NCBI GenBank assembly: GCA_013239625.1
Contig: MU055744.1
Span: forward strand, 1,332,355-1,396,354
Direction: 5' to 3'
Source: Lama guanicoe
Taxonomy: Eukaryota
DNA length: 64,000 nucleotides
The position numbers were made by a program, and so were the translations under genes. Numbering within the stretch: position 1 is the stretch's first letter; the number at the start of each line of letters is the position of its first letter. The notes under the pieces were generated by a model that was not told the origin of the DNA, made no database searches, and saw only the letters and a program-made list of their open reading frames with translations. Below are positions 38,286-49,920 of the stretch, piece after piece.

Positions 38286-38372
38286 GACTTGGCGATGTAC
38301 ATAAACGAAGTTAAGCGGGACAAGGAGACCCTGAAGAAAATCAGCGAATTTCAAAGCTCTATAGAAAACCTG
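38286..38372 (+). CDS. VAV2: VAV2 exon 13 (87 nt), end of DH
   Basis: tccag|GAC...CTG|gtgagt; [29 protein letters not shown]. Confidence 0.97.
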
Positions 38373-39084
38373 GTGAGTGCGGCTGACTCCCCAAAGAGTG
38401 AAGGTTAAGACCGTATACACGTACTTCCTTTTTCAGTTTTGTCAGGTAGAATTACTACAATTTGACTGCACATTTACATCATATTGTATGAAGACCATAT
38501 ATACGTATTTTTTAAAATTTCGCAATATTGAGTAAGCGGAAGGTGACCACCCACTCCATCCATCCCGGATGGGAAGGCAAGTGGGCCATGCCAAGCGCTG
38601 CCCTCTGAAAGCCCGGAGCAGCTTCTGGGGCTGGGTCTGACCTCGGACCGCCGGCTGTGCGCCTCAGCCCGCCCAGCCGCCCGCCCTGAGCGCAGCGGTG
38701 GCCTTGGGCTAAGGGCAGCTCCGCCCTCCCTCCCTGGCCTGGACCAGACTTTCTTGGGTCCAGGAGGAGGATGTGGCTCCCGGGGAGGCGGGAGGCTCCT
38801 TCTGGTCCAGGACCCCTGGCCCACTCACAACTCCTGTCCCAGGAGGGACAACGGAGAGGGTCTGGTCACCCTGCCTGGGAGCTGCCCTTGGCTTCTCCCC
38901 CCCTCTTGGGCTCCAGCAGGCAGGGCTGACACCTCACGGGACCCTGTCCCCAGCCTGGTCCGTCAGAGGCTTAGCCTTGGGGTGTTGGGTGAGCCACCGT
39001 GTCCTACAGGGCCATCCCAGGAGGCAGACATTTCCCTGACTGCCAACCAGTCCCCACTTCTCACGGATCTGCCGAACATCTAAA

Positions 39085-39289
39085 CAGGGTTTCTCCGCCT
39101 CGGCACCGTTGACTTTTGGGGCCGGATCATCTGCTGCACTTTGTAGGCTGTTGAGCAAAACCTGGGGTCTCTGCCCACTAGTGCTGGTAGCACCCCCAAC
39201 CCTTCGGGGTCCAAGTGATGACCAGATACACCTCCAGGCATCGCCGGATGTCCCCCGGGTGCAGAAGTACCCCTGGACCGGAACCATTG
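39085..39289. mobile_element. MER20 hAT DNA transposon, near full length
   Basis: cagggtttctccgcctcggcaccgttgacttttgggccggatcat...gaaccattg; ~205 bp with degenerate terminal inverted repeats. Confidence 0.85.
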
Positions 39290-40649
39290 GTTTACACACA
39301 TTTTCACTCTCTGGTCCCTGAAATTACAGGGTCCAAGCAGATCCCTGTCAAGGGCAAGTCAGCACAGCAGCCTCTGCGAAGGGGCCCTGATGCCTGGGCC
39401 GCCCACTGGCCCGGTCCCCCTAACCAGGGTCAGAAGCGCCCAGACAGGACATTTGTGACATGTCCCCCAGCAAAGATAAGAGTTGCCAAATGGCATGAAG
39501 TCCCGACCCCACTCTTGTTTCCTTTCAGAGTGCAGAGGGGGCTGAGGATGGCTGCGCCCTGGGCTGCTGCTGCTGCTGCCGGGTGGGGTCTGGGGCTGTG
39601 GGTTCTCCTCTCCCTGGGCGTCAGATGTTTTCTAAATGCTAGGCACTACTTTTGTAACACGAAGACCTTTTTGTTTTTAGTTCTTATATATGAGTAACAT
39701 TTGCTCGTTAAATAACGAAAAGAAATCAGCAGGTGAGCAGGTGTGGCGCAGCCCTGTGGCCAGGTGCCCTGCCCTGCCCAGCCCCGCCGGGTTCTCCCGA
39801 CCCAGTCCAGCCCTGCAGCGTTCCCCCAACCCGGTCCTGGCTCTGTCCCAGCCGCTGGAGGTGGCACTTTTCCTCGGCACTTTAGAGATGTGACATGGAG
39901 GCCCAGTCGAGTCCCTGAGCAGGGCACTGGCCCCTTCCTCTGTGACACCGAAGCTGTGCCCCTAGTCATGCTCTGGCAGCTTCTGAAAAATGCAGAAAAC
40001 TCTGAAAGAAGATGCTGAGAAACCCATCACAGCGCCAGTGGGCCGGCCTGTCAGCATCCTGGGGCGTCCCCCCTCCCTGTTATGTCTGCATAGACCGTGC
40101 AGGGGACGTGCTCAGGGACATCTCTCTGAATCAAAGCAAAACGGAGACAGAAACCAGGCGGAAAACGAAAATGAGGTCTCTGCAAACTGGAGAGGGGGTT
40201 TTGCCTTGTGGCCGTGAACCACTGGCAGGACCCCCACGCCCCGCCCGCTCCATCTGATAGGCGCTGTTTGCTCTCTTTCTAATTTGGCTTCTCGGGGTTG
40301 GGCGTCTGGCTTTTCCTGCCAGGTTCCCGCTCTGGGCTCCACACAACAGTGGCCTGTTTAACATGACCCACACCATCAATCGCTCTCTGTTGCCGCAGAG
40401 CTGGAGGGAGTCCTCGGCGGGGCTGGGGGGCAGGTGCCGAGCCTCTGGGGCCGGTTCCTCCCCATCCTCTGCTGCCCCTGCTCGTCCTCAGTGCCAGCCA
40501 GGCCCCCCGGCTCATCGCACAGCTCCCGCCCTCGGTTTCTGCGGGAGGTGGCCCCCGGTGTGGGTCTGCTTGCCCTGTCTCTCTGTGTAGGGGCTGGGCT
40601 GGGGGTCCTGCTCTGGCACTGGGGCTCACAGCCTCCCCTTTCTTTCCAG

Positions 40650-40735
40650 CAAGTGAAACTGGAGGAATTTGGCAGACCGAAGATCGATGGGGAACTGAAG
40701 GTCCGGTCCATAGTCAACCACACCAAGCAAGACAG
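40650..40735 (+). CDS. VAV2: VAV2 exon 14 (86 nt), PH
   Basis: tccag|CAA...GAC AG|gtgagc; [28 protein letters not shown](R). Confidence 0.97.
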
Positions 40736-41498
40736 GTGAGCAGAGCAGGTGCTGGGCTGGGCGGCACCCCTGAGGCAGGCACCCCACTCCCCTGCGGGTG
40801 GGGGAGCAGCTTTCCTGTGGACTCGGCTTTGTGTCGCTCCGTTTTAATTGCTTCCTTCATTCTTAGCGAGAGGGACGGTGAGCCAGGTCAGGCCCTGGGG
40901 CTGCTCTGCCCTGGGCCTGCACTGGGCTGGGCTGGGGGGCAGCCAGAGGCCCTGGTCTGCGAGCCCACGGGCCCCCGGGAACCAGGACAGATGCAGTGGC
41001 CGCGTCAGCTCTTTGCCAGATGACTGCGCGGGAGTGCCGGCGGGTGACGGGATGAGCTGGCCCGGCCCCGTGTCTGGTCCTCCATGCTCACCTGTTATGT
41101 GCGAGACCTGGGGCCACGGCCAGGGTCACAGCAGATCCGAGCCCTGCCCCCGTGGGCTCCCAGTCTAGTGGGGGCTGGGCGTGTGGGCAGGCAGTGACCG
41201 TCAGAGGCCAGCTGGGGCAGCGGGGAGTGGAGCAGCCCATGTGCACCTTGGGCCTTGGGGGCTGGGAGCCCAGGAGGGCTTCCTGGAGGAGTTGCATTTG
41301 GGCAGCCGAGACCTGGCTGAGGGGTCAGTCAGTCAGCCGCCGAGTGGGCCAGGCAGAGGGGGAGGGCTGGGCTTGGGCAGGGAGCAGCCTCCCACTGCCC
41401 ACCCGGCTGCCCGGCTGCCGCGCGGCCCCAGAGCCCAGCGCGCTGGCCGTGGCGCTGGCCGTGCTGACGGGTCCCGGGCCGTGCTGTTGTCGGGCCAG

Positions 41499-41631
41499 GT
41501 ACTTGTTCCTGTTTGACAAGGTGGTCATCGTCTGCAAGAGGAGGGGCTACAGCTACGAGCTGAAGGAGGTCATCGAGCTGTCCTTCCACAAGGTGACCGA
41601 CGACCCCATGAACAACAAGGACGTCAAGAAG
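41499..41631 (+). CDS. VAV2: VAV2 exon 15 (133 nt), PH
   Basis: gccag|G TAC...AAG|gtgtgc; [44 protein letters not shown]. Confidence 0.97.
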
Positions 41632-42546
41632 GTGTGCCCGGCTTCCTGGCGGGGCCGCGGGGCCGCGGGGCCACGGGGCCACCCCCCGAGGGAGGAGTCC
41701 GGGGCTGGCCGGAGGAAGGGTGGCCAGGCGGGGCAGTCGCCTTCTGCCTGCTCTGCCGGGCCCAGCACCTTCCTGGCCCTTGTCTGAGCCTTCCCGGGGG
41801 AGGGGGGTCTGGATCACAGCTCCCCATTGAGGCGGCCAGGTCGAGGGGCCGGCCCAAGGTCTCTGGTGAGGGCTGGGCCTGAGCGACCTTGGAGCTGACT
41901 CCAGCCCACGGGGGCCCCTGCAGCAAGCAGACCTTCCCGCTGCTCCCCAGGTTTGAAGGAGGGCTCTGGGTGAGCCTTGCTGCAGCTTGTCAGACTTCCA
42001 TGTCCAGCCAGTGGGCTGTGGCCTCTGGGGCTGTGAGTACTGGGGGTGGGGCCGTGGCTGTGAGGGCGGGGCCGTGGCTGCTGTGGGTGAGCCTCCGTGC
42101 TCTCCTGTTCAGCCCTGCTCCTGCAGAGACTTCTGCACATAGTGCTTGAGCACCTACTGTGTGCAGCCCTGGGCTAGGTGTGGGGGCCAGGAACCAATGT
42201 GCTAAAAATCTCAGACCCTGGACTCCGCGCGTACAGGTAGAATGCAGGTATCACCCGGAAGAGCTACTAGGGGTGCCCCACCTGACCTTCCTGTTCAGAA
42301 CAAGCCACGAGGGCCCCTGGGGCATGACCTGAGGCCACTTCCCAGGCCGGGGCCAAATGCACAGCGCGCCTTCCGAGTTCAGCCCCTGGCAGCTGGCCCT
42401 CTTGGAGGAGGGCCCTGGCCCTGCCGCCCCATGCTGGGGCACTTGGCGGTGGGCGGTGCCCTGGACTGCAGGACCCACCGCAGGCTGGGCCAGGCCCCTG
42501 GGTGACCACGTCTCCCCTTTTCCTTTCCTCTCCTCATGCTTCCTAG

Positions 42547-42561
42547 TCTCATGGGAAAATG
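42547..42561 (+). CDS. VAV2: VAV2 exon 16, 15-nt alternative microexon SHGKM (PH loop)
   Basis: Pyrimidine tract with TGC at 42537-39, cctag|TCTCATGGGAAAATG|gtaagc; matches the SHGKM insert of long VAV2. Confidence 0.93.
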
Positions 42562-43246
42562 GTAAGCGCCTCGCGCCCTTGTCCTCGCTGCCTCCTCGCC
42601 TTCTGAGCCGGGCTGGTGACCCTCTTCCTCCTCCTCCTCTGTCCTTCCCTCAGTGTCTGAATTACGATGTGACACATGTTCGCGATAACAGACTCGCCCA
42701 CTGCGGAGGGGAGTGGCATGAGGGCCCGCCCTCCCTCCTGCTGCTCCCACTCCCAGTCCCGGGGTGAAGGATCTGGGTGGTTTCCTAGCCAGCAGGGTTG
42801 GTCTGTTCTCGCTCTGCATCCTTTGTCTTCTCTTCTTCCCTCCCTCCCTCCCTCTCATCCTTTTTCCCTCCATCACTTCCAACACAAAGTGGCTCAGACT
42901 TTCCGAACTCTTCTTTCTGGGCCCCCTGGGAAGCCCCGGGAGACGGCCAGGCCTGGTGGTGGCTGAGCGGTGGGGCAGCTGGGCCGGCTTCGCTGCGGTT
43001 CCCCCGGGCCATGGTCTTCTCTTCCTGTTTTTTTTTTGTTTTTTTTTCCTCCTGTCATCCTACCTGAGACCAGTGAGGTTTTTGGCAACACATTTAGGAA
43101 GTGAAAGTGGGTGGGCCGGTGTCCTGGAAGGGCCCCGGTGAGCTCCCGAGCACGGATCACGAGAGGTGGCCCCGGCGGCACCAGCAGAGACCTCCGCTGA
43201 GAACACACCTCGGCGGGGGTGGTCCCGGGACGTGCTGGTAGAGGGG

Positions 43247-43351
43247 GTGCATACACGTGCATACATGCACGCACAGGCACGTGTGCACACGCAGGCACAA
43301 GTACACACACGTGCACACGCATGACTACGTGCACAGACATGTGCGCGCACA
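43247..43351. repeat. Mostly alternating purine-pyrimidine (CA/TG/CG) low-complexity tract
   Basis: gtgcatacacgtgcatacatgcacgcac...gtgcgcgcac. Confidence 0.85.
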
Positions 43352-43434
43352 GGCCCCAGCACGACTGTGTGTGTCCACGTGTCCACGTGCCAGAAGCCGT
43401 GCCTGTGGCCAGCGTGTCCCATTTCCTCCTGCAG

Positions 43435-43544
43435 TGGTCCTACGGCTTCTATCTAATTCACCTTCAAGGAAAGCAGGGCTTCCAGTTTTTCTGCAAGACG
43501 GAAGACATGAAGAGGAAGTGGATGGAGCAGTTTGAGATGGCCAT
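43435..43544 (+). CDS. VAV2: VAV2 exon 17 (110 nt), PH
   Basis: tgcag|TGG...GCC AT|gtgagt; [36 protein letters not shown](M). Confidence 0.97.
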
Positions 43545-44683
43545 GTGAGTCTGAGGGTGGCAGCGCTACGGGGGGTGGGTGCCCTGCATAGGTTTTGCCC
43601 AGGGAGCCTCTCAGACAAGAGGTGGTTCAGATCACCGGAGACCAAGCCTGTCTTCACCGCCCCGTGATGCCAGCCCCACCCAGGGGTTTCCTCTTTGTTT
43701 GATCTGCCACAGCCTGTCCCAGGCGGGCTCAGCCGTCCCCTGCTCCTGGGGCTGAGCCTCACTCAGCTAACTGGCAGAGCAGTGGGTGGCCAGGAATGGC
43801 GGTGGTGCCAGGTGGACCTGTGATGACCTGGACCCTCGGGGCCTTACGGGCTGGTGGACTGTCACTTTCTGGGGAAAGCCTCAGAGTCGTTTGTCCGTGC
43901 CATGTAGGAGGAGCCCCAGTGTGTCCAGCAGAGAAGGGTGACCACCGGGGTCCCCAGACACATCAGAGCTTGAAGCCAGAGCGGCAGGGTCCTGGGGCCG
44001 CTGGGCAGGTGCCTGCACCTCCCTGGCGTTTTCCTCCTGGGGAAATGGAGGTGAAAGGGGGGCAGGTCAGGGGGCTGCTGGAGGTCACGTCTGGGATCCA
44101 TCAGAATGGGTGGCGGCCTGGCGGTGGGCCAGGATTGGAGTTTTCTCCCGAAGATTCTATTATGAAATTTGTCAGGTGTTTCCCAAGCTGAAAGAATGTT
44201 ACAGTCAGCGCCCACCTTGTGCTGCCCTTTGTCACACGCCGTCCCCAGCCCTTGCGCCACCTGCTAGCGGACGTGCCTCAGCGCCTCGCAGACATCGGTG
44301 CCCATCCCCTGGCTTGCGGGGTGCCCTGCAGGGGGAACTCCAGCTCATGATTTGTTCGGATGCTAACATTTCAAGCTTGCGGACTGAAATTCTAAGTGCA
44401 GTTTGCTCTCTTGACAAGCGCTTGCATCTGCCCATACCAAGCCCAGCCAGACGTAGCCTGTTACCGTCCCCCCGGAAGGTTCTCGAATGCCAGTGCAGGT
44501 TCATGTTCCAGCCCCCTTTGGGCCCTCATCCCACCGGGGTGTCAGGGCCCCCCCGGGTCTGCCCGGGAGCCGGGGCAGACCCAGGCTCTGCGTCCTGCCC
44601 CACCGATCCCCGGCCCCGCCCGTTCTGCTGGCTCGCTGTTTTCGTGGGGCTCAGGGAACCTGGCATCTGCTTTCCCCCGTCAG

Positions 44684-44785
44684 GTCGAACATCAAGCCCG
44701 ACAAAGCCAACGCCAACCAGCACAGCTTCCAGATGTACACGTTCGACAGGACCACCAACTGCAAAGCCTGCAGGATGTTCCTCAG
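44684..44785 (+). CDS. VAV2: VAV2 exon 18 (102 nt), C1 zinc finger
   Basis: gtcag|G TCG...CTC AG|gtgcgg; [33 protein letters not shown](R). Confidence 0.97.
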
Positions 44786-45189
44786 GTGCGGGCCTCCTGC
44801 CCCACCCCCACCCACTCCCACCTCCCGGCCCCCGCGGGAGCCCAGCTCTGCGGCTGTCCTGCGTCCCCATCGCCGCTGACCGCCCAGGCCAGTGCCGTGC
44901 TGGGCCCCAAGGACCTGGGGAAACATCCCCTTGCTGTGGGACCCAGCCAGCCCCCAGGTGTTTGGGATCTGGCCGGGAGAGGAGGTGACTGTCCCTGTGG
45001 GTGCCCAGGAACCCCTGTGTGGGGCCGCAAAGCCAGACCGGGGACTGTTGGAGGGGAGAGCCAGCACCAGGCTGCGCATTAGGGCAGAGGTGCTGGGGGA
45101 CCAAGGCTTCGGGGAGTGGGTGGTCTGTGGGGCAGGACGCAGGGCGGGTCTGGCGGTCTGCCTCACCTGCCCCCTCCCCCCCGGTGCAG

Positions 45190-45278
45190 AGGCACCTTCT
45201 ACCAGGGTTACCTGTGCACCAAGTGTGGCGTCGGGGCACACAAGGAGTGCCTGGAAGTGACCCCACCCTGCAAGAGCA
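45190..45278 (+). CDS. VAV2: VAV2 exon 19 (89 nt), C1 zinc finger
   Basis: tgcag|A GGC...AGC A|gtgagt; [29 protein letters not shown]; His/Cys ligands of C1 intact. Confidence 0.97.
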
Positions 45279-46363
45279 GTGAGTACCAGCCCCAACCCTG
45301 CCCATGGAACCTGCGCCCAGGGGCGGGTCCTGAGCTGAGGGTCCCATCCCTCCCAGCTGCCAGCCCTGGCGGCATTCCCACATTCTCCTTTCTCCCATCG
45401 TGACCCCAAGGGGCAGAGACCAGATGGGGACAGTGAGGCCCAGAGTGGGGCAGACACCTGTCCCGGGTCACACAGTTTCAAAAGACCCAGCCTGGGTGGG
45501 AGGTGTGGGGACTTTATGCCAAAGTCCTCCTAACTTCGATCCTTGCTGCCTCTTCTGCACCCCCTGCCCCACTCCAGCCATAAGCCTCTAGAGTCTCCCC
45601 CCGCGCAGAGGGCACAGAGCCTTCTTGGCGGTTGCATGGTGATTTCTGATCCCAGAGAAACACCTCACCCTGGGTTCTCCTGCACCTGGAGAGGCCCCGC
45701 CCTGTTTAGCTGCAGCCACGAGCACCCATGTGCTTGAGCTCGGGGAGGGGAAGGGACTTGAGCCTGCCTGCCTCGCCGGCGCCAACACCCCTCTGCATTG
45801 TCTTGGTTTGGGGGATGAGTTGGGGGTGGGTGCCCAGCCTAGGGCGGCTGGACCGGCAGCCAGAAGGTCTGAGATGGTTCTGAAAGGTTTCAGAGCTGCT
45901 GCAGTCAGGGGCTGGCTGAGCCCTGGGTCTGGCGAGGCGCGGGCACCATGGCTTCATCCTGGGGGCACCAGCCGGCTGGACGGGGCAACTGCGGGGGGTC
46001 GGCCCGGCTCCCCGTGAGGCGCCCACATCCCCGTGAGATGCTGCTGTGCTGCCTCTGTCCACACTCGGGGAAGCTGCACTCACTGAGGGCTTGACATGCT
46101 CCAGGTGGACGGGGAGACGTCAGGCCTGCTTGTCACCCAGGGCACCACCTCCCAGAGTAGGAGTTTGTCGGTTCCTCCCTTACCGTGACTGCGGGCCCAG
46201 CGCCCTGATCCGGGAGGGTCCAGCGGGTCAGCCCAGACCCCCTGGGCCCCACCTCAGGCCACTCCGGCCGAGTGGAGATCCAGCAACCGCGCCGTCTCCT
46301 CCGGGGTGGAGGATGCTATACGCGCCCACTGGCCCAACACGGCTCTCCAGTTTTGCCCGTGGA

Positions 46364-46382
46364 CACTGCCCTCTGGTGGCCA
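46364..46382 (-). promoter_or_regulatory. CTCF motif (consensus match)
   Basis: Reverse complement TGGCCACCAGAGGGCAGTG; occupancy unknown. Confidence 0.6.
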
Positions 46383-47960
46383 CGTGTCCTTTGCACAAGG
46401 GAACTGGACAGTGCCTTTCTCTTGGCATTTTTTTCCCCTGATTTTAAAAGTCACATACTTATTTATCAAAAAACGAGAAGAAGAGAGAGAAGAAATAAAG
46501 AAGAAAATAACGAGCACTTGTGAACGTACCAAGAAATAACCAAAGGTGCCATTTTGGTGTAGTTCTTGTCAGGTGTTCTTATTTTTAAACAGTCTTTCTG
46601 ATCTTGTTTAATGGGATTACTAAGTACCCATTTTCCGTAGCAAGTATAGAGAAAGGTAAAGCAAGAGATAAAATCGACGTATGATGGCAGCAGGCAAAAA
46701 CAACCCCCGCTAGCCGTCACCTGCATTCAGCCTTTTTTGCAAATGCACGCGCCCCCCCCCTCGCCCGCCCACGATCTTTTTTTATGTTTGTGTGTTTTCA
46801 TGATACCTATAGTTGGGGCCTTACCAGATAGGCAGTCGTGTATCTTTTGAAAGCTGAAGTTATCGGCTTCCTCCCCGTGTCACTGACAGCCCTTGCTGGG
46901 CACCTGGTTTTATTTTAAGGCGCCCGTGGTTCCCCCAAGGGCATATGCGTGACTCCCTTCTTTGCTGCTCTGGGGGGGACCTGCCCCGCCCCGGCCACTC
47001 CTGGTTTCTCCCTCTGCAGAGCCCAGGCTGCTTCCTCTCCGATCCACACTCTTATCTTTCATTCTGGGCTCAGGCGGCATTCCCGCCTCGTCAGCTCCAC
47101 CTCGGGACTGTGCCAGCAACCCATGCCAGGGCCCATTTAACCATTTGCTGCCCCCAGAGCCAGGATGTCCCAGGGAGATGCCGGCTGCTCCCAGAGCCCC
47201 TCTCCCAGGGAGGCCCTTGTCAGGGCTGAGCCTCACTGCTGCCTTCCCTGTGGGCACCAGCTGCTCGGCCTGACCCTCCCCGCCCAATGCCCGACACCTG
47301 GCACCTCTGTCTGCTGGGTCTGTCTGCGACTCTGAGTGTTAGATGGTGTTGAAGTCACATCAGCCACACGTTGTGGTGCTGGCTTTGTCCGGTGGTGAAG
47401 TGGCAGTCCGCTTGTCAGATGGCTGGGGCCCTCCCTGGCACTGTGTCCTCCCCTGGTGTCACCCCAGGGCAGGTGGAAAGAATCTTTGGAAAGCCTGCCT
47501 TCCATCTGATGAGCTGAGGTGCTGCGTGTCCGTGAGTGAGCATGCTGGAAAACAGGGTAGCATGCCTACTGACACCTCCTGTCCCTTGCCCACAGCAGGC
47601 ATCACTAATCAATTACGGAAATCCTCCCTTTGAGCCCAGGTTCCACCCAGGATCAGGCTGTTGGAGCAGAGCTGGCTCATGCAGGAAAACTGATTTTCCA
47701 TTGGGTCTGATACTTGGTCTGCGTTCTCCCGTGGGCCCCCAGAGCTCGGGGTTTCCCCTCAGAAGTCATTGAGGGACATCGTGGTCATGTGGTGGTCACC
47801 TGCCAAACTTGTCTACAACCTGTGTCTGAAACGAAGGGCCTTGAAGCTCCCTTCACTCCCACACCCAGGCACACCCCTCGGTGCCTGCCTTGCGGGTGAT
47901 AGGCCCCCAGTCCTCGGTGTTGGCCGCTTGCCCTCTGACCCGGATGTGCTTCCTTTTCAG

Positions 47961-47977
47961 GTTCTCCTGCAGACCTG
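47961..47977 (+). CDS. VAV2: VAV2 exon 20 (17 nt), C1-SH3 linker
   Basis: ttttcag|GTTCTCCTGCAGACCTG|gtgagt; (S)SPADL. Confidence 0.92.
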
Positions 47978-48374
47978 GTGAGTCCGCCAGACCGCTCCCT
48001 TCCCGCTGCCCTGCAGCCTGTGCAGCCCTGTGCCTGGAGCCAGAAAGACTCAGCCCTTCTGGCCCTCACACTCCGGGGCCAGGCGGGCTGGCAGGGCCCC
48101 TGGGGGTTGCGAGGGGCCTTTGTTTTCCTTCATGGACATCAGCAGACATGGGTCCCCGTGCACGGCCTCCTGGGCCCTGACGGCGGTCTCCCTGCCCGGC
48201 TGTCCAGTTCTGCCTGCAGCCGCCCCCCGCCCCCATCCTGATTTGGCTTTGAGCCCTCTCTTTGGCTGACTTGGGGTTGCAGTCCCTGAATTCACCTGTA
48301 GGGTGTGGATGCCATGTCCCTTAGCTGTGGGGTCCTGTCAAATTAACCAGCACTTAAAGGGCTCCTGCTAAGCC

Positions 48375-48620
48375 CTATGTGGGGCACAGAGATGCCCTCG
48401 TGGAGGAGGGAGGGCAGAATTTAGTGCAGGCAGCAGGACATGTCCCAGACAGACGACAAGCCCCAGGCAGGGAGGCCTTCGGCTGGGGTAGTCAGGGCAG
48501 GCTTCCTGGAGGAGGTGGGAGTTAATGGTGAGGGATAGGATGGGGAAGGGGAGGGAAGTCCCAGCACTGCGGAGGGGCCCAAGGGCAGAGGGCATAGGTA
48601 GGAATAGTGTCACATGGGGA
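48375..48620 (-). mobile_element. L2 LINE fragment
   Basis: gtagtcagggcaggcttcctggaggaggtg...ggcccaagggcagaggg. Confidence 0.55.
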
Positions 48621-48790
48621 AAAGGTTGCCACACAGGGAAAGAGGGTCACATATGCCTGTGAGTGTCCAGTACGTGTCCGTCTCCTCCCCGCTTCCTGCC
48701 TTGACCCTTCTGCCTGGGGTGTGGGGGGAAGGGAGTGTCGATGCTCTGGCAGCCTTCCCTCCTCACTGTCCTCTGTCCTTGTCCTCACAG

Positions 48791-48812
48791 GATGCCTCTG
48801 GAGCAGGACCAG
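48791..48812 (+). CDS. VAV2: VAV2 exon 21 (22 nt), C1-SH3 linker
   Basis: cacag|GATGCCTCTGGAGCAGGACCAG|gtgagt; DASGAGP(G). Confidence 0.92.
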
Positions 48813-49792
48813 GTGAGTCTGCGGGACTTGGGCCTCCTCTGCTATTGTCCGTGTCCACGTCCCCCAGGAGCCGAGCCTGGGCCTGGCCAGAGTGGCCGTC
48901 AGCTTTGCCCAGTGCTCTGCGCTCCAGGCTCCCCGGGTGTGTGCCGCCCTCTGACCCCATCTCCTCCGCGGCCGCCGCCCCCGGAGCCTTCTTAGTTTCT
49001 GATGGTGCAGTGCCGGGTGTGGGGACCGGGCCCAGCCTGCAGGGGTCAGGGTCCCTCTAGCCCAGGAGAGGCCCTGAGCTGCAGCCAGAGACCCCGAGCA
49101 GAGTCCAGACATCAGGACGCTGCTAGTGTCACCTCGCCATTGTCTCTGTCCCCTTGAGTCCCCCTTGCTCTGCAGTAGGAGCGGGGCCTGGGAGTGCCGA
49201 GAGCCAGAAGCCTCGTGTGTCACACGGCCCGAGCACTGCTGGACAGAGTCTAAGCTACTCACGGACACAGACACCACACAAAGCAGCTGTTGCTGCTGCC
49301 GGGGCGACCAGCCCTGACAGGCGCGGGCCCACGCGGGGCGGGGCCGCTCAGAGCAGGGCTCGGTCCAGGGGCGGCTGCAGGTTCTCGGGGTGCTCGGCTG
49401 GGTCCCCAGGTCCACCCAGAGCTGCCCCTTGGCAAGTCGCTGAGCCCAGCCCGCGCCTCTGACAGGAGGGGTTGCCCGTCTCCGCTCCGCGTGGCTGACC
49501 CCCAGTCACGGATCTGAAAGGCGTCTGGGTGGAAACACACAGGGTGCTGTTTAAAACTAGACTGCTGTTTACCAAAACGAGACGCTGAATGTGTTAATCA
49601 CATAAATAGTTTACTTCTGACATTTAACTAAGGGACGTGTGAGTCTTGTGGGAAGAAGGGAGGGAGGGGCGGTACAGGCCCCGCCCACTCGTCCAGGAGC
49701 CCTGAGAAGGCCGCGGGGGCCAAGGCCAGCCTTGGGTGGGCTGCCACGAGGACAGAGCCACCACCACATCCCTCTGGCCCTGTCGTCCGCAG

Positions 49793-49920
49793 GTCCCAAG
49801 ATGGTGGCCGTGCAGAATTACCACGGCAACCCCGCTCCCCCGGGCAAGCCGGCCCTGACCTTCCAGACGGGCGACGTGATCGAACTGCTGAGAGGGGACC
49901 TCGAGTCTCAGTGGTGGGAG
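49793..49920 (+). CDS. VAV2: VAV2 exon 22 (128 nt), N-SH3
   Basis: cgcag|GT CCC...GAG|gtgggt; [42 protein letters not shown]. Confidence 0.97.
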
